A stretch of 63,661 bases of DNA, filler included. It is 5 parts of 5 records of this genome, joined end to end, with 100 filler letters (N's around TTAATTAATTAA, not from the genome) between each part and the next. Parts side by side here need not be neighbours in the genome. Positions count along the whole stretch, not along the records: positions 19,646 to 37,543 come from DRR723986_11936; 4 more parts are not named here. The stretch is one strand, 5' to 3'. This document shows, one piece after another, positions 20,237-30,600 of this stretch. Positions within the stretch are counted from its first letter, which is position 1. The number at the start of each line of letters is the position of its first letter. The notes beneath the pieces were generated by a model. It was not told where the DNA came from and made no database searches. It saw only the letters and a list, made by a program, of their open reading frames with translations. The position numbers and the translations under genes were made by a program.

Positions 20237-21195
20237 GTGCGCGGTCGAGTCACTTCTACGATCAACAACCTCCCAACTCGCGAGTCCGAACCGACGATCA
20301 ATACCAAGCAAAATTCGCACATGATGTTGGATGTCGATTTTGCTATTCCGACATTGACTCAGAACTTGTTTTGATCGACTCTGCCTTGGTCGTATAGACG
20401 GCCATCAATCGAGTGATGGTCAACGTACAGATTTCCTCGGTTGGGCCTGGCACCCCAGTCAGGATGACGCCTAATTCTGTACCGCCGCCCGCAATAGGTC
20501 TTGGAGGCATGTCGCTAGCTTCAAGTGTGGCTTCGAGCAGAGATATGTTCATAGGAACCAATCCTTGGCGCGGCCGGGTTGGTAACGATTATTTTCTGTA
20601 CTGATTTCACACGTTCCGAGTCACTGAAGGGCAGTCGGTTTCTATTTTCCCGAGCGATGGTCCGATGCATCTGTCCCAGCTCTATCTAATTCGAAGGCTC
20701 GCCTTTCATTTAGCCGGTGAGTTTCTCCAGTTTGCAGCCTTTTCTAATTCACATTGAAGCGCTAACTCTTGCTCCCGAAGCCATCGTGAATCTTTTCTTG
20801 AGCGACGATCGTGAGCTAGCTCACACTTGATTGCTCAATCCACTTGTTCGCCTCGGACGTTGGGTTCGGTCTGAACATTCAGTCACCATTTTCAAGTGAC
20901 ACATCGGGTGCCTGCGTTGCGTTGTGCTTCGATTGAAGCGGCGCAGAATGATGCGTCGTGTTCCGAGGGGAAACAGTGCGGCCCGCTGGCTCTGGTGCAG
21001 CGAAGCGCACGGCTCATTTTGACTCCGCTTCGTTATGCTGCCGGGCATGCTCGAACTAGACGAGTTTGGCGAAGTTAAGATTCAAATCGCCAGGATAGTC
21101 AGGTTGGCACGCAACAGTTGCTTGTAGGTTTGAGCTAGCTGGTGACGTAGACTTCGAAGATCCGAAAAGCCCGTAGTCCTAACCAGCAATTCGCC

Positions 21196-21861
21196 ATGCA
21201 GAAGCATCCCTTTGTTCGACGAGCCACCATCGTAGCTGCTGTCCTCGCGACAATTGTGTACTTAAGTTACCGTGCGGCTTTCACTCTCAACTTGAGTGGA
21301 TTCTATGCAACCATCGCATCCACAGCTTTGTGGTGCGCGGAGCTGTATGGTTGTTTTTTGATGTTCCTGTACTTTTTTCAGATATGGGAACTGAGCGAAC
21401 CCGAAAAGAGGCCAGCAACGCCCGGCAAGAGCGTCGATGTTTACATCCCCACTTACAATGAACCGCCAGACTTGTTGCGCGGCACGATCTCGGCAGCTCT
21501 GGCGCTCGATTACCCGCACGAGACCTATGTTTTGGACGATGGTAACCGTCCTGAGGTAGCCGAGTTATCTGAAGAATTGGGCGCTACATACATCAACCGT
21601 CCATCCAATCTTCATGCCAAAGCAGGCAATTTAAATCATGCAATGGAAATCACGAATGGGGAATTCGTGGTTATTTTCGATGCCGACCATATTGCCCGCC
21701 GCGATTTTATCCTGCAGCTCATCGGGCACTTTGATGATGAGCGGATGGGATTCATTCAGACTCCGCACTCGTTCTACAACTTTGACAATTTCCATGGTCG
21801 CCTGAGCTATCGTCGCAAAAACTACTGGGAAGAAGGCGAGCTTTTTTACAACGTAATCTAA
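21196..21861 (+). pseudogene. Truncated cellulose synthase (BcsA)-like GT2 glycosyltransferase
   Basis: Two TMs, VDVYIPTYNEP, LDDG, HAKAGNLN, FDADH and QTPH present; stops at LFYNVI*PG; TED and QxxRW motifs absent. Confidence 0.8.
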
Positions 21862-21890
21862 CCGGGTTTTTAGCCGCATTCGCCCCAACA

Positions 21891-22376
21891 ATGCAAGTGA
21901 TTCGCTTCGAAAGGGTTACTGGTGGACCAGCGGGGTATGCTGACGACGCGCTGCGGATTCTAAATTTCCGGAAGGTGAAGTCACTCAAGGTCTTTAGCGG
22001 CAAATGGTTGTTATGTGATCGTGTGGAGTGGAAAAGCCATGATGGGGCGCAATGGGAACTGCAGATAGACGATGCAATTCCGCTGCCGGCAGATCACGTA
22101 GGCATCTGGGACTACAACAGTCTTACCGGTGTTGAGTTTGGGGGTGATGCCGAACGTGCACCCCGCAAAGGGAGCCCCAGAATCCAATCACGCCACTCAA
22201 GAGAGATTTCACAAGTTCCATTCACCGCTGAAGAAGCACAGAAGATCAGGGATTATTTGCTAGCTGCAACGCAACCCAAGCGGCCTCGGGCAAATTATCT
22301 TCCGATCTTGTTGGCAGGCAACTTTCTTTTGGCAGCCGCGCTGGTCGTCCTCTGGAAAAAGCGGAGGGCCAAATGA
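21891..22376 (+). CDS. Hypothetical protein, probably a C-terminal fragment, with C-terminal TM and basic tail
   Basis: Frame is open upstream to the GT2 junction; no signal peptide; ends LLAAALVVLWKKRRAK. Confidence 0.5.
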   Translation: MQVIRFERVTGGPAGYADDALRILNFRKVKSLKVFSGKWLLCDRVEWKSHDGAQWELQIDDAIPLPADHVGIWDYNSLTGVEFGGDAERAPRKGSPRIQSRHSREISQVPFTAEEAQKIRDYLLAATQPKRPRANYLPILLAGNFLLAAALVVLWKKRRAK

Positions 22377-22482
22377 AGCCTCGTTGTTTGCATTGGCGCG
22401 TCGGAAGCAACCTGGCAACTGCCTCTCAATGGCTGGCTAGAATTTTGCCAGAACCTGCGATATCAACCACGTGGAGGATTAG

Positions 22483-22858
22483 ATGAACCAACTACTGACG
22501 TCATGTATTTGCTTAATCGGCCTTTGGGCGGCTCTACTGCCTCAAGGAGTTTTGGCGATTGAGTCAGAGGAACAACTGCGTTCAAGTGCGAAAGCTGGCT
22601 GGGAGGCAATTGCGGCAGAGCTTGGCACAGTCCATCTTTCATTCACGCGTACGAAGTCTCCTGCACCTCGGAGAAACAAAACTGATGCGGGGCCCACGTT
22701 GTACAGTTGGCAGAACGCCTACGCAAAGGTCGAGTCACCAGGCAAGATGGACAAGCCATTTCCAGATGATCTCGCTATCGCGCTTGCAAATGGTCCTTGC
22801 CGTATTCATTGGTGTGGCGGCCGCAGGCCCAGTTCTTGCGCGAAAGGCGTCTGAATAG
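22483..22858 (+). pseudogene. Probable internally deleted secreted/membrane-anchored protein gene
   Basis: GGAGG RBS and signal peptide in one frame; TM-like C-terminus (MVLAVFIGVAAAGPVLARKASE*) in another frame. Confidence 0.4.
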
Positions 22859-22908
22859 GGCCGCCCTTTAACAGAGTAATCGCAAGATGCCTCCGGTGAA
22901 CGCTTGCG

Positions 22909-23889
22909 TTACTTGCATCTCGCGGTAAGGACCGCGCGGGCTGGAGCAGGGTAGCCCTCGATGGTCTTCGAATGATCTTGCGGATCTAAGAAATCAGCCA
23001 GAGATTCAAAAGTCATCCAATCAGTACGGCGTTGCTCGTTTACCGTCGTTGGCGAAACATCAAGCAACGCGACATCACGAAAACCACTCCGGCGAAGCCA
23101 AACGCTAAGCAATTCGACAGTTGGAATGAACCACACGTTCCGCATTTTGGCGTAGCGTGATTCTGGCGTCAAAACATGACTGCCATCTTGGTCGAGCACG
23201 ATCGTCTCCAACACCAACTGTCCGTCGGGCTTCAAAGTCGAACGCATTCTCTGAAGGTGATCAATCGGATTTGGGCGATGGTAGAGTACTCCCATAGAGA
23301 GTGTCATGTCAAACGCGGCGAGCTTCGGTGGCAAATCAGTATCGCCCAACGGAACAACATAGTGCATTTGTTGATGCGATGCATATTTCCGAGCGACTTC
23401 AAATTGCATTGCATAAAGCAGAAAGGGCTCGCAACCCAGGACGAAGCTCGCCCCTTCGTCCAACATCCTCCATCCGTAGTAACCATTGCCACAACCTACA
23501 TCTAAAACTGCTTTACCACGGAAGTCGAGATGGGGCTTGAGCCGATCCCATTTTAGATTGGACTTCCATTCGGTGTCGATTTCGACATCAAAGAATCGGA
23601 ACGGACCTTTCCGCCAAGGGTGAAACTCTCGCAAGGCGTCGCGGAGTTGCTCGGTGCTCTGTTCACAGTCGGCTGAAACTTTGACAAAGTCGCCCGTGAT
23701 TTCGATCGCAGACTTGCTGCGTTCAGGCAGCGCCGCATAGGCGGCTAACCACTTGGGTAGCGTTCCATGTGAAGAAGGCGCGAACCACCGGTGCTCTTCG
23801 CTGATAAGTTCATCTGCCCATGAAGTGAGATCCATGGACTGAAGTTTCTCCCACAGCAGCCTGCGGTCGCGGAGTGAAGTCGCAGTCAT
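22909..23889 (-). CDS. cmoB: tRNA U34 carboxymethyltransferase
   Basis: PWRKGPF, IDTEWKSNLKW, LDVGCGNGYY, SMGVLYH, RYAKMRNVWFIP, TIEGYPAP. Confidence 0.95.
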   Translation of the reverse strand: MTATSLRDRRLLWEKLQSMDLTSWADELISEEHRWFAPSSHGTLPKWLAAYAALPERSKSAIEITGDFVKVSADCEQSTEQLRDALREFHPWRKGPFRFFDVEIDTEWKSNLKWDRLKPHLDFRGKAVLDVGCGNGYYGWRMLDEGASFVLGCEPFLLYAMQFEVARKYASHQQMHYVVPLGDTDLPPKLAAFDMTLSMGVLYHRPNPIDHLQRMRSTLKPDGQLVLETIVLDQDGSHVLTPESRYAKMRNVWFIPTVELLSVWLRRSGFRDVALLDVSPTTVNEQRRTDWMTFESLADFLDPQDHSKTIEGYPAPARAVLTARCK

Positions 23890-23895
23890 TCTGGC

Positions 23896-24627
23896 CTAGT
23901 CCTTCACCGCAAGAAACGATGCGAAGTTAAAGCACTGAAACCACGGCACTACCGTCGAAAAACCAACTTCGGAGAGCCTTTGAAAATGCGTGTCGAGCGT
24001 TTCAGGGATGAGACGGTTTTCGATCGCAATTCTCTTCTGAGCAATCTCTAGATCGCTGTATCCGTTGCTACGTTTGAAGTCGTGGTGTAGCTCGGTGAGC
24101 AACTTCTGTTCTCGCGCGTCTTCAAAACGCACTTTCTCAGCGATCAACAGTGCTCCACCTTGATTCATCCCAGCGTAAATGGTGCTTAGCAGCGGTTGGC
24201 GATCTTCTACTGGAATGAACTGGAGGGTCAAATTGAGGATAACAAAAGAAGCATTTTCGACGGCGGTGTCGCGCAGATCCTCGCCATGGGGCTCAACGGT
24301 AATGGACTCATTGGTTTGCTGCTCAGCGAATTCAGCAGCAAAGCGCTCGATCATGGCTTGGGAACTATCGACTGCAACGATGCGGCACGGAACTTCAACC
24401 CGCTGAAGAATGATGCTCGTCGCTGCCCCCAGTGAACAACCTAGATCAAATACATTTGTGTTTTCCACCGTGTAGCGGGCGGCCAACTCGCCAATCATTG
24501 TCAAAATGGAAGCATAGCCGGGTACGCTTCTTGCAATCATATCAGGGAACACTTCGGCGACAGATTCGTCAAAAGCAAAGTCGCCAACGAGACTTGCTTT
24601 GGTTTTGTAAATATCGTCGCGTTTCAT
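23896..24627 (-). CDS. cmoA: Carboxy-SAM synthase
   Basis: DFAFDESVAEVFPDMIARSVPGY, DLGCSLGA, HHDFKRSNGYSDLEI, WFQCFNF; start at MKRDD gives 243 aa. Confidence 0.95.
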   Translation of the reverse strand: MKRDDIYKTKASLVGDFAFDESVAEVFPDMIARSVPGYASILTMIGELAARYTVENTNVFDLGCSLGAATSIILQRVEVPCRIVAVDSSQAMIERFAAEFAEQQTNESITVEPHGEDLRDTAVENASFVILNLTLQFIPVEDRQPLLSTIYAGMNQGGALLIAEKVRFEDAREQKLLTELHHDFKRSNGYSDLEIAQKRIAIENRLIPETLDTHFQRLSEVGFSTVVPWFQCFNFASFLAVKD

Positions 24628-24772
24628 TTTCCCCGTTCCGCTTGCGATTTGGCCAAACGCCCCTTTGTTGCCCATAGTGTATCCGCCGATTAGAGTGAGA
24701 CGATCGGGGGGAGCGTTATTGGGTATGACCAGTATTTGTCCTAGTTCGACCCAACCAAAAGGGCGCAAGAAT

Positions 24773-26188
24773 ATGATCCGACACCTGGCCATAGCAGCCA
24801 TCATCCTGCTGGCTGCAACACCGGCTCTGGGCCAATCAGCAAAGGAGCGAGTTGGATTTATCCGACTTCAGGACGAAATTGGCGCTTCGCTAGAAGACGG
24901 GACCGGAATTCGAGTTGGGCTCGTCGAAGCCCCTACTTCCGCGGGAGCTTATCTCCCCAACCTAGCTAGCTCGCAGTTCGCAGGCAAAACGATCACTGAC
25001 GCCTCAGGCACAAATACCGGCACCAGTTCCCACGCCAACTTAGTTGCAAACAACTTCTTTGGAAACACGGTCAGCATGGCCGGTGGGATCACCGACATCA
25101 CAGGCTACGAAGCCAACAATTGGATCAATTCCGTCCTCGGATTCGACGTGTCGACAGATGCTGGGCAGCAAAGGACTGTGCCTCAACTGCAAGACTTCCG
25201 CGTGATGAATCACTCGTACATCAGTAATGGAAGTTCCCCAGCGGCGGCTACCGAACGCAATCGTCGAATGGATCTGCTGGTGAATCGAGACAACGTTACC
25301 ATGGTTGTCGGCGCGAACAACGGCGCCGCAAGCGCAAATCCGCAGCTATTCTCGCACTCCTACAACACAATTACCGTGGGAGTAACCAGCGGCTCGCACT
25401 CTCACGGTTTGACGACATTCAACGGGGCAGGGCGGATCAAACCGGAGATCGTCGCTCCGGCGGGTGCGACCAGCTTTGCCACTCCACTCGTCTCGTCGGC
25501 GGCGGCAATTCTACGGCAACAGGCTGCGACACTGCCAAGTGGCAATGCCAGCCAGAACGAGGTGACCAAGGCCGCATTGCTAGCCGGGGCAACCAAATCA
25601 GAGTTCTCGACCTGGTCGAAGACTGCAACTCGTCCTCTGGACAGTCAATTTGGAGCCGGTGAGCTCAATATTTACAACAGTTATATGATCCAGGCTGGTG
25701 GAGAATTCGATGGCGGTACCGATGCGGCCAGCACGCCGAGCATTAGTGCTAGCGGCTGGGACTACGAAGCCTCGCTGGGTGCGTTGGAGTCGCGTTTCTA
25801 CAATTTTGACGTAACCAGCGATGTCGACGCTTCAATCATCCTGACTTGGAACGCCGAAATCTCCGATTCTGGTGACGGAGTACTGGACTACGATACGCTC
25901 ACACTTGCCAATCTCGACCTGCAATTTTACGATTCGACCGGCGGGTTCCTGGGATCACTGCTTCAAGAGAGCATTTCTACGGTCGACAACGTGGAACACA
26001 TCTTCCTGGAAGACCTTGGCGTGGGAAGTTACACGATTGCTGTACGGAACATTTCCGGCAGCACCGACTACGGCTTGGCTTGGCGATTCACGGCCGTCCC
26101 CGAACCGTCTTCCCTTGTTCTACTGGGGGGCGTGCTGTCCACTTGTCTACTTCGGCGGCGGCGTGGGGACTATTATTTTGCCGCTTGA
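24773..26188 (+). CDS. S8 subtilase-like protein with PEP-CTERM sorting signal
   Basis: Signal peptide; GTGIRVGLVE, SSHANLVA, GANN, KPEIVAP, ATSFATP; C-terminal VPEP-TM-RRRR. Confidence 0.82.
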   Translation: MIRHLAIAAIILLAATPALGQSAKERVGFIRLQDEIGASLEDGTGIRVGLVEAPTSAGAYLPNLASSQFAGKTITDASGTNTGTSSHANLVANNFFGNTVSMAGGITDITGYEANNWINSVLGFDVSTDAGQQRTVPQLQDFRVMNHSYISNGSSPAAATERNRRMDLLVNRDNVTMVVGANNGAASANPQLFSHSYNTITVGVTSGSHSHGLTTFNGAGRIKPEIVAPAGATSFATPLVSSAAAILRQQAATLPSGNASQNEVTKAALLAGATKSEFSTWSKTATRPLDSQFGAGELNIYNSYMIQAGGEFDGGTDAASTPSISASGWDYEASLGALESRFYNFDVTSDVDASIILTWNAEISDSGDGVLDYDTLTLANLDLQFYDSTGGFLGSLLQESISTVDNVEHIFLEDLGVGSYTIAVRNISGSTDYGLAWRFTAVPEPSSLVLLGGVLSTCLLRRRRGDYYFAA

Positions 26189-26390
26189 GCTCGCAAGCTC
26201 AGCAATGCTGATTCGAGTGCACCAGTCGTGCGGCTTTTTATGATAATGGGTGCTCGCAAGCTGCAAGAATTTCGGATCGAGCTACTATTAAGGTCCTATG
26301 CTTCAATCATCATGAGCGGTAGGTTTCTGCACTAATCGAACTCATCTTTTCGCGCCGCAATGTTAGCCCCAGCGAGGGGTAGGATATTTA

Positions 26391-27668
26391 ATGGAATTCA
26401 CGCCCGAAAATCGTCTCCGCGCCGAGCGCCTCCTGCTCTTTTGCTGGCAGGAGCAACTCATCGATCGCGGTTGCCTGACAAAATGCCTTGTCGCGTTAAA
26501 AAATCAGAACGATCAAAGCTGCTTGGCAGAGCTCAAGACAGTGTTACCGAGTTCGGTCCTGTCCGACACTCACCGACGCATCAGCGGATACGCCGAAGCA
26601 TCTGCACAGCTCCTTGAGCAACTGCACGATGTCCAGACGGAGAAAATCCGACCTCACAGTTCACCAGTTGCCGGACTATCGGATCAGTTAGGCTCTCGCC
26701 CACTGACCAGTGCCACCGGCGCTTCGGCGGTGCCAGAAATCAGCACCGTGGCGATGGTTCCAGAACCGCCGCCGGAAGCACCAACTGGCGGGAGCGCCGA
26801 CTTACAGGTTAGTATGCTGCCGCGACTGATGGGGCCAATTACGGCTGTGCTGTTGGTCGTCCTGGGCTTCTTCGTGTTTGGTGCATTCCAATCGGTCAGC
26901 GATTATTTCACAGGCGCAAACTCCGAGACGGATCCAACCGAGCAACTCACCGGTACCTCCAACACCCAAGGTCAACCGATCATTACGCCGGATGAAACAA
27001 CGCTGGAGGTTGTGCCCACTCCACAAACCGGCATGGCGACCAATCTGAATTTGCGTGAAGCACTTGACCGTCTGATTCCATTCAACCAGTGGCAAGAAGC
27101 AATCGATGTGTTGAACTCACCGCGTTACCGACAGCGGGATCAACGCTCAATCCTCTGGGAAGCGACCGTGCTGGCCGGCACGGGAGAACAACAGAACATC
27201 GACGATGCACTGCGGATGATTTGTGCGCGAACGAATATCCAGAGCGGTGACAGCACGTGGTTGCAACTCTATGCAATGCTCCTTTTGTCGTCGACCGAGA
27301 AGGCACGAGAACTGGCCGTTCAGAGCATAACGCAAAGCTCCAGCCGAGCTATGCAGTTGCCACAGACCCTCCGAGTCCTCGACTGGGCCAAAGCCAGAGA
27401 TGGCGAGAAAGAGGCGGAGTTAGATGCTTTGCGAAAACGCTTGGCTGACTTCACGGCCGATTCGCTTGATCATTTCTTCCTAGCCTACAGTAACCTGAAC
27501 GATAGCAACTCTGATCAAGCACGCTACCACATCGGTAAAGCGCGACAAAAGTACCAAGCCGACTACGTTCCCGATGAGAATCATCCGGAGTGGTTGCACG
27601 ATATGTGCGACGAGAAACTCCTCGAAGCAATCGACAAGCTTCGTGACCGGCTCTCGGAGTCTAGCTAG
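26391..27668 (+). CDS. Hypothetical single-pass membrane protein with helical C-terminal region
   Basis: 425-aa ORF; one TM (ITAVLLVVLGFFVFGAF); Pro/Ser/Thr-rich linkers. Confidence 0.65.
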   Translation: MEFTPENRLRAERLLLFCWQEQLIDRGCLTKCLVALKNQNDQSCLAELKTVLPSSVLSDTHRRISGYAEASAQLLEQLHDVQTEKIRPHSSPVAGLSDQLGSRPLTSATGASAVPEISTVAMVPEPPPEAPTGGSADLQVSMLPRLMGPITAVLLVVLGFFVFGAFQSVSDYFTGANSETDPTEQLTGTSNTQGQPIITPDETTLEVVPTPQTGMATNLNLREALDRLIPFNQWQEAIDVLNSPRYRQRDQRSILWEATVLAGTGEQQNIDDALRMICARTNIQSGDSTWLQLYAMLLLSSTEKARELAVQSITQSSSRAMQLPQTLRVLDWAKARDGEKEAELDALRKRLADFTADSLDHFFLAYSNLNDSNSDQARYHIGKARQKYQADYVPDENHPEWLHDMCDEKLLEAIDKLRDRLSESS

Positions 27669-30600
27669 ATCTGAAGCTGCTCAACTTCTTTCCCGTGGTT
27701 TTCGACGGCTTCGCGAATCGCGGATTGCAGCTTGGCCAGCGATACGGGCTTTGCCAGGAACGCGTCACACGCCTCCCTCAGTCCGGATTGTTCATGGCCG
27801 CTGGTGATGATCAAAGCAGGCCGCTGGTTGGCTTTTTTCAACCGCTGACATAGATCGAATCCCGACTCTCCGGGCAAGCTATTGTCAGTCAACAACAAGT
27901 CGAAGTTCTTGGATTCAATCCATCTAGCCGCTGCTTCCGCATCGCCAACTTCGACTACATCTTGGTTCAGGACCTCCAGGAGCACGCGAATGCTCTTGCG
28001 AGTCGAAGCGTAGTCTTCGACCAGTAGGATCCTCTTTGACGGCAGAACGCCTTCTTCATCGCCTGCGTTTTCGCCAGCAGCGGGGGCCAACCTCGACGGC
28101 AATCGCACCTCGATAGCCGTGCCTTTGCCGAGTTCAGAACGAACTGAGATACTGCCACCGTAGCTTCGTACAACCGAGTCGCAAACTGCCAGGCCAAGTC
28201 CTGAACCTTTTTCCTTCTTGTCAGAGTAGAACGCCTCAAGACACTGTTCCGCCTGCGCCGGTGACATTCCTACCCCAGTGTCAGAAACGACAAGCCGCAC
28301 CGCATCCCTGTTTCGAACGCAGTCAATGGTGATTTTTCCTGCCTGATCAATTGCGTCAATTCCGTTGTTCACCAAGTTGGTTAGCACTTCGCGTATGTCG
28401 GAAGCACAACAGTAGTAGTTGACCGGCTCTCCCCGATGCAAAACTTCGATCTCTTTGCCACTTGTGCGGATCCGCTCGGTTACCGACTTGATTACATCCG
28501 CGACCAACTCGCGAAGATCGTTCTCTTTACGAGGCGAACTGCCCGCCCTGTATAATGGTGACAGTCGGCGAACGATCGTTGCCGCATCGGTGGCGCTCTT
28601 TTCGATCATCTCCGCAAGTTCACCTCGTCGTTCCTCAGCAAGGTCGTGATTCCGAGCCAGCAAGCCGCTAAACGCGAGCACCGGGGTCAGCGAGTTGTTT
28701 AGGTCGTGGGCTACCCCCGCCGCCATTTCGCCGAGAGCTCGGAGCCGCTCACGGCGCACAAGTTCAGTTTGGTATTCGACCAGTTGACGCTCAGCGTCCT
28801 CTCTTTCTGTAATCTCGCTTCGCAGCGCGCTGACTTGGCGGCGTTCAAGGCGGATCTTCCATCTCAAGAACGCCAGCAGAGTTAGGCCAACTAGACCACA
28901 GCAGCTTGCATAAAAGATGCTTGTTCTAAACCAGGGCGGATTCACACCGACTTGCAGCTCCGCCGCCGGAAGTCGCTGCCCGCTGGTCAAAATCGCTTGC
29001 ACTTCGAACCGATAATCGCCGCCCGCAAGAGCTGGAAACTCGCGAGTGGTTTCCCCCGAATAGGCACTCCAAGCGTCATTCAGGCCTATCATCCGGCTGC
29101 GATACACGACCCCTTCTGGATAGCGCGCCGCCGGGACACCAAAACTAATCCTCAGCGTGCCAACCTCATAGTCGTAGCTGAATCCCAAGCCTTTGTCCGT
29201 TTCTTCGATTTCAAGTGGGCGTTTCTGTGGCCCAGCACCGGCGGCTGCAGGTCGAGAGTTTGCAATGGTCGCCGACGATATCCAAATGCGTGGCAACTTG
29301 TTTGTCGAAGTGCGGTACTGGGGAAGTTCGCCGCGATAAACCTTGTCACGAATCCCAGCCCATATCGCGCCGCTGGGACCTTGCACGGGTGTTCGTCCAA
29401 TCCCCTGCACGAATCCACCAAAAACAGATTGCACTTCGATTTTGTCATCGTCTTTGCGGCAAAAATGCAGGATGGATTCCCGGTCGGTGGACGCCAGCAA
29501 CGTTCCATCACTCAACACACAGCTATCGATGACACTGCCCATCCATTTTTGTGGAGCAGGCTCCTGCAGTAGACGCTCAAATTCGGGAACTGCAGACTCA
29601 GCTACCGCCTGCTGTTCAATCGCATGAAATGTCGCAAAGCCACCATCGTCATTGACCGCATACGGTACACCAGCAAGAGCAACTGGCTTCCACTGCCCGG
29701 GGAATCGGGTAGTCTCCAAGCTGCGCGTATCGATTCGATGCAATACCCTGTTTAGCGGTTTGAGGCGTTGACCTATAGCCCAGATGCATCCATCTCCATC
29801 CAATATCGGGTCTTCCGTCGGACGCAATAAATCAGGCAGCTTGGCCTCTTCCTCCCAATTGCCATCGACCGAACGTTTTAGGACCAGCGATACTTGCCGC
29901 CAGATTCCAAACGCAAACAAACGCTGGGTTTTTCGTTCGTAAAGCAGGTTATGAAAGGCCCCTTCTTGTACCAGTGAAGCCGGATTGTCAGGATTTTTGG
30001 GATCCCAGGTGAAAATGCCTTTCAACGTTGCAAAGTAGGGGCGGCCATCAACAACTTCGATGTCTTTCGTGCGGCCCAAATTCAAGCCTAGTGTCTGAAA
30101 TCCGGTGGGAACAAGCGTTGCGTGCCCCTGAACGTTCAACTCAGAAAGCATACTAAAGTAAGCATTTGAGTGAGTTCCAACTAGCAGGAATTCACTGCCA
30201 ATAAACTCCAGCGAGTACACAGTCTCGCCGTTGGGCACCCGCCAGAAAGCCCTGTCAGCCTGATAATCAACACGATGCATCGCATTTTCACCAGGTATCC
30301 ACACTCGCCCCAAACGGTCAGTAAAACTGATTGTCCAAAACGCAGGCAGATCCGTGGCGGGGATCAAATGCCGTACCTGCCCGTCTGCTTCAAGAATGAC
30401 ATAGCCGACGCCGCGTGCTAACACCGCGATGCGTCCACCTGGCAGTGTGTTCAAACGTAGAATCATCGCGTCACGCGACTTAATCAATTCGGGTGTAATA
30501 TCTCGCACCCGGCCATCTACTGCGGAATACAAACGATTGTTGGAACGAAACACCAAATCAATCGCACCATCCTGACTTGCAGCCCGAAATACCGACGGCG

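Noticed and set aside
19985..20374. ORFs overlapping the 5S region
   Set aside because: Spurious translations of rRNA and terminator sequence
21105..21121. TGGCACG...TTGC sigma54-like motif upstream of the GT2 gene
   Set aside because: GG-to-GC spacing is 2 nt too long for the strict -24/-12 geometry
26757..26768. Internal VPEP in the 425-aa protein
   Set aside because: Not C-terminal and lacks the immediate TM plus Arg cluster; part of a Pro-rich linker
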